Part shown: positions 35,860-46,551 of the stretch, in pieces | Position numbering within the stretch: the first letter of the stretch is position 1 | Layout: each line of letters begins with the position of its first letter | From: an uncultured Chlorobiaceae bacterium | GTDB lineage: Bacteria > Bacteroidota > Ignavibacteria > UBA10030 > SZUA-254 | Direction: 5' to 3' | DNA length: 64,000 nucleotides | NCBI GenBank assembly: GCA_964484465.1 | Contig: CAZAFL010000016.1 | Location: forward strand, 4,072-68,071 | The notes under the pieces: generated by a model | What the model was told of the DNA's origin: nothing | What the model saw: the letters and a program-made list of their open reading frames with translations, nothing else | The model's database searches: none | Program-made: the position numbers and the translations under genes

Positions 35860-38800
35860 TTAGCGCTTCTTTACCTGGTAGCGTGAAACCCTGACAACGG
35901 TATAAAACGTGAGAAGCGCTGTGCCTGATATCATTCCGAAACCGACAATGACCCATGAAGACCAGAAACTTGTTAAATCGACACCATACGAAACCGTCGT
36001 CTCAAGAACAACATTGACCGTGTGCTCGCCATGAGGCAGCATAATGGAAAAACGACGGTATCCCTTAGCGACCGGAGTACCTACCTCACCGCCATCGACA
36101 AAGACGGTGTACGGATTATGACTAAATGTTGCGATGCAACGTGTGGCACTATTGTAGGAAAAGGTTATACTCCGGTTACCGTTGATAAGGCTCGTGAGTT
36201 TTCCTGAAATTGTTAATAATTGACCGCCAGAGGGCGGAGTAAACGGTATAGCAGATTGCTTGTCAAGAAAAATCGAATAACGTCCCGCCGGCAATAAAAA
36301 TTTTCCATCCTCCGACCTCAATCTCTCTCCGTTGGACGTCCGTAACGACGAATACTCCTTTGACAGATCAAGGATGACATGAAACGGTGAATTAAATTCC
36401 CATTGGCCCGCATCTCTTTGCAACGTAGCCCTGGCAGATGCCGCATATGGTATAAGACGTAAATCCTGGGGACGCACGCTCGACTCAGAGTAAATTGCAA
36501 ACCGGTCGGTTCCTAAAGCTGCGGACCGGATCATCTGAAAACTCTCGATCCCTGATTGGACCAATGTCGGAAATGGGGTCGGGATATTTTCATTCCGGAA
36601 TTGCAAAATATTCAGATCAACCATCAACGGAAGTTTATCATTTGTCAACGACCGGTACCGTGTCGCTAATTGTTCATATCGCTGGGGGTCTTTCGACCAT
36701 TCGGATTGCGGATCTTCAACCTGTAAATTGAAAGCATACTTACTGTTTAAATCAACAATCCGACGAATGTCGACTCCATAATTAGTCCGTAATTCGGGGT
36801 TGCCGATATTGTCCATTACAGTAATTATTATGTCGAGAAACGGCTTTTTCATTTTCACATTGTTCAGCATGTTCAAGAATTCTTCGTGGAATGAAACCAG
36901 CGATTCCACCCGGTAGTTTTCAAACAACTTCCACGCCGCCGGATTTCGTTTCCAAAACATAGAAGATGTTGAATCGAGTAAGGCTGCGGGGTCGAAACCA
37001 TTTTTAGTTTTGAACTGGTTCCGTGCAGATACATGCATCGGCGTAAGGAGTTTCGGGTCGTGCGGTCCATTTCCAGAATCAAAATAGAGCTCTGCAAGGT
37101 TGACGCCATCCCAATCGTATGCCTCCAGAAATTCCCGATACGTATCCTTTACTTTTGTTAAACAAGCTGGTTCAGTCAATGCCACAGGGTATCGCCATGA
37201 GGGTCGTACTGATTCTCCCTTGTAGTTGACCTCCTGCCATTCAGGATGTTCCTTCCAAAACTTTTGAGAAACCTGCGGCGGCTCGAGCCAGGCGTACACG
37301 CTGATGCCATTTGCATGGCAGAGGGATATCAGACGGGCATAATCATACGTCCACGTGGGGTACTGATGCCAGCTCGCCGCGTGAATGACGCGAACACCTT
37401 CGGCAACCCAGTGCTTGACTAAATCTTCAACACTGATATTATGGCGGTAGCCCGGGTCGAAATACAATTCGAGGTTTTCACGTCGGAGAACAGGCTTCAA
37501 CCTAAAATACTTCGTCACGTAGTCGATGAGGAACGGAAATCTGCTGTATCCTTCATGGGTAAGAGGGTCAAATCTTACCCCGAGAAATAAAAACTTCCCG
37601 CTTCCAAATTGCCTCCCGATGACAACGGGCGCGTCGGTCCTGGCGTCGATACAGAAAATCTCATCGTCTTTCCGGACCTCAAACCGGGGCATGATTTCTG
37701 AAAATGATAATAAGAGCGGGTCTTCCGGAAAAAGGCGGTCTCTCATTCGCTCGACTTTGAGAAATGACTCGGCATATTTTATCCCGAGTTCTTCCGCAAC
37801 TCCATTCTTTCCGTCCGTAATAAGATTCCCTCCGCTTTCAACAAACTGGACGATACGGTCATAATCCCGGTCGGCAAGAATGTCGACTGTCGGATATGGA
37901 ACCACCAGTAAATTATAGCCGGATAATTTGTCCAGATCTTCAACGGCAAGCGAATCGGTCTGGATATTCAGCGACCGAAATGCGGAAAGAAAACTTTCCT
38001 GATCATTCGCTGTACTTCCCGTCAGATGACGATTCCAGAGAACCGCAACCCGGGCTTCATCAAACGACTCTTCGCGCGGAAATAAATCATTCCAAAATCT
38101 CTTTACGTTATACTGAATGTTCTCAGCAAATGTCGGTTCCATTTCACGATATTCGGAAGGTTCAGCAAGGTATATTTCCCCGGGAGGGACCTCAATGCTT
38201 TTCCGGAAAGCTCCGTGAACCCGGGACTCTGAAATAATCCTGTGGTCGACTTCACCATTTGGCCGCAACCACGTTTCCCGCAAGTATTGATCTTCAAGTG
38301 AGACCGAATATGTCACCGAACCGGTCGCGATCACCCTGTCCTTTAACGTGACTGTGCAATTTTCATTTTTGACATCCATAAACGTGTATCCCAGGTCGAG
38401 AATACCGTCGACATACTCCTCAATATACTTGACATCAATAAAAGGATGAATAAATGCCGAGGCAAAACCGTCACGGACAGCTAATTGCGTTTGAGCTCCT
38501 TTCAGTAATTGTTGAACTGCGTCTTCTTCAACCTTGGGATCATCATCGAGAGGGATGTACCCCAAATTTTCAGGAATGATTCGCTGTCCGTAGAGGTCAT
38601 GATCAATGATGAAAGGAAAATATTGACTGTAGTTAATATCTTCGATGACCATTCGCTGCTCCATAACAGTGGAGAAGAAGGTTCCGAACGTCTTATAATC
38701 AAGTTCCGAAGCGGTGTAATGAGGAGTTTCCCAGACGAGCGGGTAAATATTGTTCTTCCAGCATTCCTCCAATCCCATTTCTAACTTCTTTTCGACATAC

Positions 38801-39828
38801 TCCTTTGAATCGGTTTTGATTACTCCCCCGATACTTTCATCCCAGAATTCATAATCAGTAGCGGTGACACCGCGATACTGATGGGTAACACCATGCATGA
38901 CGATTGTTGCGCCTCTTGACACCATATAGTGAATCGCATCGACGAAATCCGGCTTGTCGGAAAGGCTCAGCCTTAGTCCCGCTTCGGGGTCCACAAAAAA
39001 CGGTATAATGCCGACCAGGAACGGAACGTGCCTTTTGTACATTGCATCGGCTATTCGTCGAAGCGAGGCGGGGTCTTCGAACACATCCACGTCCTCAATT
39101 CGTAGCAGTGCACGATGAATTTCTTCATGCTGTTCTCCCAGAAGATCATGAAGCATGTCTGCAAAGAATACATAACGGTCAGTTTCGGTCGCAGATGCAA
39201 ATGGCGAATCACCGATATAGATGAAATTTCCACTGCGAACAATGTACGGAGCTTCGCGGTGCGTTCCCGTTGAGAACGCAGACGCCAACACTTCGACCTG
39301 TTCGCTGTGAATGATATTGATAATGTTAAGATTTTCTTCCCCTTTGGTAAACTGTCGTTTCCCCGCTTTGACAATGTCAAAAATTGAGGATGTATCAAGC
39401 AACGAGAAAGTAAACCCTAATCTGGTCGCAAGGTCGAATTTTCTGGAAAATGCGTCAAAGCCTGTGTTCATCCAGACAAGCGTCTTGGAAGTATTGTACG
39501 CATCTTTGAGAAATCTTACCGGTGGGTCATACTTTTTACTGTAACCGATGAAAAAAGTAAAGTCGAATTTTTCAATATCGCCCGGAGAATATGCTTCGAC
39601 ACCTTTGATTTCATAGTGAACATTGAAATGACCGAGAAGCATCGCCATTTCCCTCGCATCGCCGCGTGCATAATTACTCGGGATGTCATATCCTTCAAAA
39701 AGAATAAGAACGTTTTTTGGATTGGGGGCTTTGCCGGACGACTGTGAGGGTATGAGAAGAAAAGTGAAACATATAAAAAAGAGGGTCACCGACTCGCTCG
39801 TTCTGATGAACTCCCTAATTTGCTTCAT
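35860..39828 (-). CDS. Giant (1322 aa) exopolysaccharide-modifying protein: DUF2334/polysaccharide-deacetylase-like domain, glycoside-hydrolase-like (PgaB-C-terminal/GHL-type) TIM barrel, and a C-terminal TM anchor
   Basis: 'IVMHGVTHQY', 'WETPHY' deacetylase-like motifs. 'GVRVIHAASWHQYPTWTYDY...ISVYAWLEP' GH-like barrel. Terminal hydrophobic helix. Overlaps the GT2 gene start, suggesting an operon. Confidence 0.5.
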   Translation of the reverse strand: MKQIREFIRTSESVTLFFICFTFLLIPSQSSGKAPNPKNVLILFEGYDIPSNYARGDAREMAMLLGHFNVHYEIKGVEAYSPGDIEKFDFTFFIGYSKKYDPPVRFLKDAYNTSKTLVWMNTGFDAFSRKFDLATRLGFTFSLLDTSSIFDIVKAGKRQFTKGEENLNIINIIHSEQVEVLASAFSTGTHREAPYIVRSGNFIYIGDSPFASATETDRYVFFADMLHDLLGEQHEEIHRALLRIEDVDVFEDPASLRRIADAMYKRHVPFLVGIIPFFVDPEAGLRLSLSDKPDFVDAIHYMVSRGATIVMHGVTHQYRGVTATDYEFWDESIGGVIKTDSKEYVEKKLEMGLEECWKNNIYPLVWETPHYTASELDYKTFGTFFSTVMEQRMVIEDINYSQYFPFIIDHDLYGQRIIPENLGYIPLDDDPKVEEDAVQQLLKGAQTQLAVRDGFASAFIHPFIDVKYIEEYVDGILDLGYTFMDVKNENCTVTLKDRVIATGSVTYSVSLEDQYLRETWLRPNGEVDHRIISESRVHGAFRKSIEVPPGEIYLAEPSEYREMEPTFAENIQYNVKRFWNDLFPREESFDEARVAVLWNRHLTGSTANDQESFLSAFRSLNIQTDSLAVEDLDKLSGYNLLVVPYPTVDILADRDYDRIVQFVESGGNLITDGKNGVAEELGIKYAESFLKVERMRDRLFPEDPLLLSFSEIMPRFEVRKDDEIFCIDARTDAPVVIGRQFGSGKFLFLGVRFDPLTHEGYSRFPFLIDYVTKYFRLKPVLRRENLELYFDPGYRHNISVEDLVKHWVAEGVRVIHAASWHQYPTWTYDYARLISLCHANGISVYAWLEPPQVSQKFWKEHPEWQEVNYKGESVRPSWRYPVALTEPACLTKVKDTYREFLEAYDWDGVNLAELYFDSGNGPHDPKLLTPMHVSARNQFKTKNGFDPAALLDSTSSMFWKRNPAAWKLFENYRVESLVSFHEEFLNMLNNVKMKKPFLDIIITVMDNIGNPELRTNYGVDIRRIVDLNSKYAFNLQVEDPQSEWSKDPQRYEQLATRYRSLTNDKLPLMVDLNILQFRNENIPTPFPTLVQSGIESFQMIRSAALGTDRFAIYSESSVRPQDLRLIPYAASARATLQRDAGQWEFNSPFHVILDLSKEYSSLRTSNGERLRSEDGKFLLPAGRYSIFLDKQSAIPFTPPSGGQLLTISGKLTSLINGNRSITFSYNSATRCIATFSHNPYTVFVDGGEVGTPVAKGYRRFSIMLPHGEHTVNVVLETTVSYGVDLTSFWSSWVIVGFGMISGTALLTFYTVVRVSRYQVKKR

Positions 39829-39987
39829 AGTAACGTATATTACCTTTTCTTTAATAAAAAAATAGCGTTTTACCCATTAATAATCAACTATCCGGTAAAC
39901 AACTATTGCGCATAATCACCAAACATACTATATTTATGTGGAACACGCCCTTTTTTCCATTTTCATAGATCTTCCAAAAAATTCTTT

Positions 39988-42900
39988 ATGAACAAAACCA
40001 GTTACGGGTTTCTGGTTCTCTGCTGGCTTCTGCTGTGTAACGAATCACTCTTTTCCCAATGGAACTGGCAATCCCCGATCCCTCAGGGGAATGACCTCTT
40101 TAAGGTACAATTCATCAATGATGCCCTCGGCTGGGCTGTCGGAGAATATGGAACTGCACTTCATACCACTAATGCCGGAACAACATGGTACGAGCAGGAA
40201 TTTGGGCGAACAGACAATATTCTCGGAATTAACATGGTCTCCGATACTGAAGGATGGGCGACCGGAGATAATGGAATTATCCTCCATACAACCGACGCCG
40301 GCGACGACTGGGTCGAACAGACAAGCGGGGTTAGTGTCGGTTTAAACTCCCTTGACTTTACTAGCCAATTAGAAGGATGGGTTGCAGGCGACAATGAAGT
40401 AATTCTGCATACAACCAATGGAGGCTCTTCCTGGACGATACAGCATCAGGCTGGCAATAACGGGGTGAGTATCAATAGCATCATGTTTCTGAATAGTAAT
40501 GAAGGATGGGCCGCAGCTGGTAACCGTGTCGTGTTTCACACAACGGACGGAGGGTCGAATTGGATTCGACAATCGGTAGGGATAGCTCCCACTTCATACT
40601 TGTCTGTCTACTTTGTTAACACCTCGCTCGGCTTTCTAGCGGGAACAAATGGCGTCATTCTGAGAACGGACGACGGTGGAACAATGTGGACACAAATAAC
40701 GTCAGGTGTAAACACTAACCTCAATAACATCCTCATGCAGAACTCATTTGTAGGATGGATCGTTGGAGACGCAGGAACACTTTTAAAGACGATAAACGGC
40801 GGACAATCCTGGTCCTTAACGATGATCGGGGACGGAAACGACATCAACGGTCTTTCAAAATTTGGCGGTACATTATGGGCGGTTGGAGGACTTGGAAAAA
40901 TCCTTCTTTCGACAAACAGCGGAGTTGCGTGGGGGACTAACGATGTTGGCTCACGTCTGAGTGCAAATTGGATGGATTTCCCTACGTTGAATGTCGGGGT
41001 TGCTGTAGGCCAGACGGGACTTATCATGCGAACAACAGATGGGGGACATTTATGGCTGGACCAAACTTCACCTACCCCATCGGTATCATGCTACGGAGTA
41101 AAGTTTATCAGCAGCACAACAGGGTGGGCGGTTGGAGATAACGGAACAATTCTCCATACGCATGATGGTGAAACCTGGACCACACAATCAAGTTCTGTTA
41201 CGCATTCGCTCCTCGGCATCACTTTCGGCAATTTCGCAAATGGCTGGATCGTCGGCGGTGAGTTCACAAACTTTACAGGAATCATCTTACACACAACTGA
41301 TGCAGGAAATTCCTGGTCGGTGCAATACAACAACGTACCTCACATTCTTTATGGTATTTCATTTCCAAATGCCACTACCGGATGGGCGGTCGGAGAAGTG
41401 GGCACCATTCTGCACACGACTGACGCCGGCACCACATGGGTCCCAGAGACAAGCGGGGTTAGCAATGCATTGTTCTGGTGTTCTTTTTTAGACTTACAAA
41501 ATGGCTGGGCTGTTGGTGAACTGGGACGCATTCTGTATACGACGAACGGCGGAACAACCTGGAATCCTCAAGCCTCCGGAGTAACAGTCGACTTGTATTC
41601 AGTTGTCGCACGGGATTTATTAGATGCATTAGTCGCGGGAGATAAGGGAGTCATCCTGCACACCTCAGACCGAGGCATTCATTGGGATAATCAATACAGT
41701 CGTACCCAACATAGTCTCTTTGGTGTCACGAGCCCATTCGACTCTGTTATTTGGGCATGTGGTGATTATGGAACAGTCCTTGCAGACACCATTGCCCGAG
41801 TAAATGGGTCTGTTCCAGGGATTGTCTTCTACGACATCAATAATAATGGATTTTATGATGCGGGAGAACCGGGAATGCAGGGGTGGAGAATCGTTCTCGG
41901 AGGTGACAAGGTTGATTCCACACTTTCAGGACCGGACGGTAGTTTTCGGTTTAACGGACTTCTCGACGGTTCATATACTTTATCTCAGGTTGCGCAGTCG
42001 TCGTGGACTCCGACTGTTCCAGTCTCACCAGCCTCTTATTCGTTTACCATTAATTCTACAACACCCAATTTTTCGGGGAATTTTGGTAACTACGCTCCAC
42101 ACGGTTATCCCTATAAAGTGAACAACCGCTGGAATCTTGTTTCTCTCCCTCTACTGGTAACCGATGCGCGAAAGTCTATTGTCTATCCCAACGCGATTTC
42201 CCCTGCGTTTGAATTTGAGGGCGTATATATCCAAAAAGATACTTTACGACCTGGTACCGGCTACTGGTTGAAATTTCCATCACCTCAAACCGTCTGGATT
42301 CCCGGTGAAGCAATTCACACCGACAGTTTTTCCCTAGCCCAGGGCTGGAACCTCATCGGAACAATCAATGACACAGTGCCAGCCGCTTCTGTCACTACAA
42401 ACCCGCCTGGTGTTATCACTTCCCCAATCTACAAATATTCTACCGGATATATTGCTACATCTGTCATTGTTCCCGGGCAGGGGTATTGGGTGAGAGTTAG
42501 TGCTGCGGGAAAAATAATTATGACGTCACCCGGACACCATGCCCCAATGACACATTCATTGTTTACTCAATTCAACAGATCTTCGAACCTCAACAAGATA
42601 TCAATTACGGATTGTGATGGCGGTTCTCAATCTCTTTTCTTTGGCAGGGCAAATGAGTTGAAGGACCCTCAAACATTGTTTGACCTTCCTCCTCTTCCTC
42701 CGAATGGAAGTTTTGATGCTCGTTTTGAAAATGGCAGTACCCTGGCTCTTTTCGACTCGGCAAATAGTCAAAATAATACTGCAATCATTACCATTCAGGC
42801 TTCATGCTACCCTGTCACAATTGCCTGGCATGTTTCGCAACCTGAGGGGTTGAACTACTCATTGCGGGATCCTGCCTCCAATCGTGAATTAGTGAAATCA

Positions 42901-43275
42901 ATGTCCGATTCCGGTTCTGTGGTCATCGACAATCCAGCAATAACCGTTATCTCATTACAAACTCAAGCCGGAAATTCATCGCCGCAGTTACCGAATGAGT
43001 TTGCACTCATGCAAAACCTCCCGAATCCGTTCAATCCAACGACCACAATCAGGTTCGTTCTTCCTGTCCTGAGCAAGGTTCAGCTCTCTATATTCACGAT
43101 TTTGGGCCAAAAAGTAGCAACCCTCGCAGACGGAAATTTCGATGCCGGTACTCACGACATTCATTGGACTCCTTCCCTTGCCAGCGGACTCTATTTCTAC
43201 CGCATTGATGCTGTGAGCCTGGATGGGAAACAACAACACTTTATCCAGACCAGAAAAATGGTTCTTCTAAAATAG
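39988..43275 (+). CDS. T9SS-secreted multi-propeller protein (Ycf48/BNR-like repeats x about 14, SdrD-B/CarboxypepD_reg-like domain, T9SS C-terminal domain)
   Basis: Repeating 'G-x-ILHTTD-x-G-x-x-W' blades, 'GIVFYDINNNGFYDAGEPGMQGWRIVL' B-type domain, and C-terminus 'LPNPFNPTTTIRFVLPVLSKVQLSIFTILGQ'. Confidence 0.7.
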   Translation: MNKTSYGFLVLCWLLLCNESLFSQWNWQSPIPQGNDLFKVQFINDALGWAVGEYGTALHTTNAGTTWYEQEFGRTDNILGINMVSDTEGWATGDNGIILHTTDAGDDWVEQTSGVSVGLNSLDFTSQLEGWVAGDNEVILHTTNGGSSWTIQHQAGNNGVSINSIMFLNSNEGWAAAGNRVVFHTTDGGSNWIRQSVGIAPTSYLSVYFVNTSLGFLAGTNGVILRTDDGGTMWTQITSGVNTNLNNILMQNSFVGWIVGDAGTLLKTINGGQSWSLTMIGDGNDINGLSKFGGTLWAVGGLGKILLSTNSGVAWGTNDVGSRLSANWMDFPTLNVGVAVGQTGLIMRTTDGGHLWLDQTSPTPSVSCYGVKFISSTTGWAVGDNGTILHTHDGETWTTQSSSVTHSLLGITFGNFANGWIVGGEFTNFTGIILHTTDAGNSWSVQYNNVPHILYGISFPNATTGWAVGEVGTILHTTDAGTTWVPETSGVSNALFWCSFLDLQNGWAVGELGRILYTTNGGTTWNPQASGVTVDLYSVVARDLLDALVAGDKGVILHTSDRGIHWDNQYSRTQHSLFGVTSPFDSVIWACGDYGTVLADTIARVNGSVPGIVFYDINNNGFYDAGEPGMQGWRIVLGGDKVDSTLSGPDGSFRFNGLLDGSYTLSQVAQSSWTPTVPVSPASYSFTINSTTPNFSGNFGNYAPHGYPYKVNNRWNLVSLPLLVTDARKSIVYPNAISPAFEFEGVYIQKDTLRPGTGYWLKFPSPQTVWIPGEAIHTDSFSLAQGWNLIGTINDTVPAASVTTNPPGVITSPIYKYSTGYIATSVIVPGQGYWVRVSAAGKIIMTSPGHHAPMTHSLFTQFNRSSNLNKISITDCDGGSQSLFFGRANELKDPQTLFDLPPLPPNGSFDARFENGSTLALFDSANSQNNTAIITIQASCYPVTIAWHVSQPEGLNYSLRDPASNRELVKSMSDSGSVVIDNPAITVISLQTQAGNSSPQLPNEFALMQNLPNPFNPTTTIRFVLPVLSKVQLSIFTILGQKVATLADGNFDAGTHDIHWTPSLASGLYFYRIDAVSLDGKQQHFIQTRKMVLLK

Positions 43276-43929
43276 ATGAAGAAAAGACAAACACTCGCAA
43301 TTCTTGGGTTGATTGTAATATCAGGAAGTATGCTGATCTTTCATGATTGGGGATGCAAGAGCAACGACGAGCCGACTAATCCAGGTTCGGGTGGTAACGC
43401 AAAGTACGGAAAAGGCTCGATGTCGTTTGATGCTCCAGAAGGCGGAGGGCATTTTTCAGCAAACGGTGCATACAAACCGTCTGCTGTATTTCAAAGTGAT
43501 ACTTCAAGCGAAGGTGTTGGGGGATTTGTTTACGATACAACCATCGGAGGGAAACCAGAGCAGGCGGTTTTTGCGGGATATGTTCAATCCCTGAAAAAGG
43601 GGGTTCTTAACGAACGGTTGATCGTTTTCACTCTACATAATACGGCTGGTTCACTCTCGACAGGCGATTACGCGTTAACCAATGCAGATACAATAATGGC
43701 AGGGAAATCTTCATACGTTTATTTTCTGTTCTCCGATTCCGTTCACTTTTATTCAACACTTGAGGCTCAATCCGGAATATTTACTCTTTCCACATTTGAT
43801 TTAGGAACCCATCATGCAGCAGGTACTTTCTCCGGAACATTGCAGGGAATCCCTCCCGACACGACGCATCTCTCAATCACAAACGGCTCATTTGACCTCA
43901 CGTTTGTGACTCGATACTTCACGTACTAA
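43276..43929 (+). CDS. Hypothetical lipoprotein
   Basis: Signal peptide ending at Cys ('HDWGC'). No family recognised. Confidence 0.4.
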   Translation: MKKRQTLAILGLIVISGSMLIFHDWGCKSNDEPTNPGSGGNAKYGKGSMSFDAPEGGGHFSANGAYKPSAVFQSDTSSEGVGGFVYDTTIGGKPEQAVFAGYVQSLKKGVLNERLIVFTLHNTAGSLSTGDYALTNADTIMAGKSSYVYFLFSDSVHFYSTLEAQSGIFTLSTFDLGTHHAAGTFSGTLQGIPPDTTHLSITNGSFDLTFVTRYFTY

Positions 43930-43962
43930 TCGAACAATTCTCCGGCATTTTCTGCAGAACAA

Positions 43963-44358
43963 TTATTGGACCGGCTCAACTTTCGAATACACAAAAAGGC
44001 TCTCCCCACCCTTCTTGATAATCGTGCCTGTCAATTTGACTTCGTGTGCCGCATATTGTGCGAGCTCTTCATTGCCGCCTTTCATTCCCCCCTTTGGGAC
44101 AACAATATACACGGCTTTCGTTTCCTTTTCCAAAATGCCGACTGGCAAATTCCCTTTGATGCAATCGAGCGCGCATTCTTTATGCGCATCAGGATTCTCA
44201 TCCATCATGCCGCTCAGGTAACATCTCACATCAATAATTTCACCGGTGATGGTAACATTCTTTCTTACGCCGTTTTGTTGTTCCCCCTGCGCCCGCATAA
44301 TGATTACAGAACACCCAGTCACCAGCATCAGTATCAACGCGATTCGAATTTTATGCAT
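43963..44358 (-). CDS. Hypothetical lipoprotein (lipobox LVTGC), terminal gene of the cupredoxin cluster
   Basis: Signal and lipobox, Cys/His-containing core (CYL...HKECALDC). 131 aa. Confidence 0.4.
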   Translation of the reverse strand: MHKIRIALILMLVTGCSVIIMRAQGEQQNGVRKNVTITGEIIDVRCYLSGMMDENPDAHKECALDCIKGNLPVGILEKETKAVYIVVPKGGMKGGNEELAQYAAHEVKLTGTIIKKGGESLFVYSKVEPVQ

Positions 44359-44396
44359 TGAAATTCCCCTGTTTCATGAATTCTTATCCTAACAAT

Positions 44397-46511
44397 TTAT
44401 TTTTGAAGCATAATTTTCTTCGTGTCGACAAATGATTTGCCGGAGCCATCAGTGGCAGTTGCGTTAAGCTGGACAAAGTAGACTCCGCTCGCTTCAGCAA
44501 CTGCATTCCAGGTTACAGAATGAACGCCTGCTTCCTGCACACCATCGGTCAGCACTGCGACTATCTGTCCCAGAAGATTGTAGATTATGACACGAACCCG
44601 GCTATCCACCGGCATCTGATACCTGATCGCAGTTACAGGGTTGAACGGGTTAGGATATGTCTCATACAAAGCAAATGACGCGGGGATTACAGCAGACTCT
44701 GAAACATCAAGTGACACCATATGACCGGCTCGTTCAATGTTTACCTCACCGGTTGCAGATAACGGTATTCTCTTGCCGTCAAGATTCAATGATAATCCGT
44801 CGGCCGGGGAGTGCATATTCCATTGAACATTCACTGGATATTCCGCGGAGGAAATCTGAATTGGAAAAGTCCTTGCCCCCTCGTTGTTGAGGAGTTCCAC
44901 AAATGAACCGGAAGCAAAACGGACATCAAACCCACCCATAGGCGGCACCGGCGGCATGTCGAACCATGAACGAATATTCCCATCATCGACTCTGTCACCA
45001 ACGAAATACAGTGTCTGCTCTTTTGCCGCTGCATCCCGGAACACCAACCTGCTTGCCGTCCGGTATAGACTCTCATAGCCGACAGTTTTAGGTGACGCAA
45101 CCGGTCCGGTACCAAGAATGAGCTTCCCCGCCTGACTGACTCTTACCCAGTATCCGGCACCCGACTTTACCGTGTCGGCAGTGTAGTATCCGTTATGGTA
45201 TCCATACAATACCGAACTGATAATCCCTGAAGGAGATGAACTAATGGACGTCCGGAGAACGGGTACTGAAATTGATCCGATCATGTTCCAGCCTTTGACG
45301 ACATTAAATGAATCCTTGTTGACAGAAAATCCATTCATCAAAACTGTCTGAGCACCATTAAACTTTAACCAATAACCTAAACCGACCGACAAAGAAGACT
45401 TCGTCACATAGCCAACTTCATAATCATACGCAGGGGATACTGCTGTAGGATACACGGCTCCCACAGCGGAATCAGATACTTTCAACGGAAGTGAAATCAT
45501 ATTCCATCTTGCCATCACGCTATTCGAAATGGTCAGCGCCCCGACAAATAATCTTCCCTTCATTCCTACCGAGGCGTGTGGAACGCACATGTAGTAATAA
45601 AGACCGCTTTGTGAAGTTACAACAGTTCCCCCGCCATACGAAAGATTAAATCCCCCGTTAGAAACAGTATCATTAGCAAGCCACGTGGATTTGCTTACTT
45701 CCCGTGCCGTATGCATGGGGTCCAAAACAAAGTGGACGATAGCGCCAGGGGGAACTGCAAGACTCTCCGGAACAAATGTAAAGCCTGAATTTATCACTGT
45801 ATAAGGAGCGTAATTGATGAAATCAACCGAACGGACATCGCCCGACGTGACAGTAAAGGATTTTTGTTTAACAGATGTTACACCCTGTGAAACACCATTG
45901 ACATTTATTGAAAGATGGGACCACTGAGCGCTGTCTGCTTCGACGGCAACGTATGTTCCCTCGCTTAGATTGTTCACGTTGAGCGTAGAGGCAGAGAGGG
46001 CGGAATCGAGAATGATCCCGGAACCGACAGAGTCCTGGTAGAGGTACAGCTTCCATGGTTTCGCTATCTGGTCACCGGTTGTCGCTATATTCCCATCCTG
46101 ATCGATAAAACTGCTAATGTTAATCGTATTTGGAAGCGGAGAGTTGACGACAATGCGCCCTTTCATTCCCATCGGAGCATGAGGTTCACAAACATAATAA
46201 TGTATGCCAAGGCCCGACGGAACGACAATCCCGCCGCCGAAGGGCGTTGAAAATCCTTCCCCCAGTGGTGTAGCTTCATTTGCGTTCCATGTTGATTCGC
46301 TCACTTCAACAACATCATGTATTCCATCGAGAACAAATTTCACCGTGTCCCCGTTAACAATAGATATGGAATCGGGAACGAACGTAAAACCGGAATTCGT
46401 CACAGTGTGGATGGTTCCAAAACTCCTGAAACAGCAAAATAATACTAATAAAACGGGGTAAACAATTTTTTTCATGGTTCTTACATCCTTCGATTGATGA
46501 GATATGGCCAT
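44397..46511 (-). CDS. T9SS-secreted protein with at least two plastocyanin-like cupredoxin domains
   Basis: Type-1 Cu ligand sets 'YYVCEPHAPMGMKG' and 'YYMCVPHASVGMKG' with upstream His ('GIHDVVEV', 'PMHTAREV'). C-terminus 'YPNPFNPVTAIRYQMP...' is a T9SS C-terminal domain. 704 aa. Confidence 0.7.
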   Translation of the reverse strand: MAISHQSKDVRTMKKIVYPVLLVLFCCFRSFGTIHTVTNSGFTFVPDSISIVNGDTVKFVLDGIHDVVEVSESTWNANEATPLGEGFSTPFGGGIVVPSGLGIHYYVCEPHAPMGMKGRIVVNSPLPNTINISSFIDQDGNIATTGDQIAKPWKLYLYQDSVGSGIILDSALSASTLNVNNLSEGTYVAVEADSAQWSHLSINVNGVSQGVTSVKQKSFTVTSGDVRSVDFINYAPYTVINSGFTFVPESLAVPPGAIVHFVLDPMHTAREVSKSTWLANDTVSNGGFNLSYGGGTVVTSQSGLYYYMCVPHASVGMKGRLFVGALTISNSVMARWNMISLPLKVSDSAVGAVYPTAVSPAYDYEVGYVTKSSLSVGLGYWLKFNGAQTVLMNGFSVNKDSFNVVKGWNMIGSISVPVLRTSISSSPSGIISSVLYGYHNGYYTADTVKSGAGYWVRVSQAGKLILGTGPVASPKTVGYESLYRTASRLVFRDAAAKEQTLYFVGDRVDDGNIRSWFDMPPVPPMGGFDVRFASGSFVELLNNEGARTFPIQISSAEYPVNVQWNMHSPADGLSLNLDGKRIPLSATGEVNIERAGHMVSLDVSESAVIPASFALYETYPNPFNPVTAIRYQMPVDSRVRVIIYNLLGQIVAVLTDGVQEAGVHSVTWNAVAEASGVYFVQLNATATDGSGKSFVDTKKIMLQK

Positions 46512-46551
46512 TCCCTAATTACTTGCTGCAGGCTTGGAATGTAACGATTAT

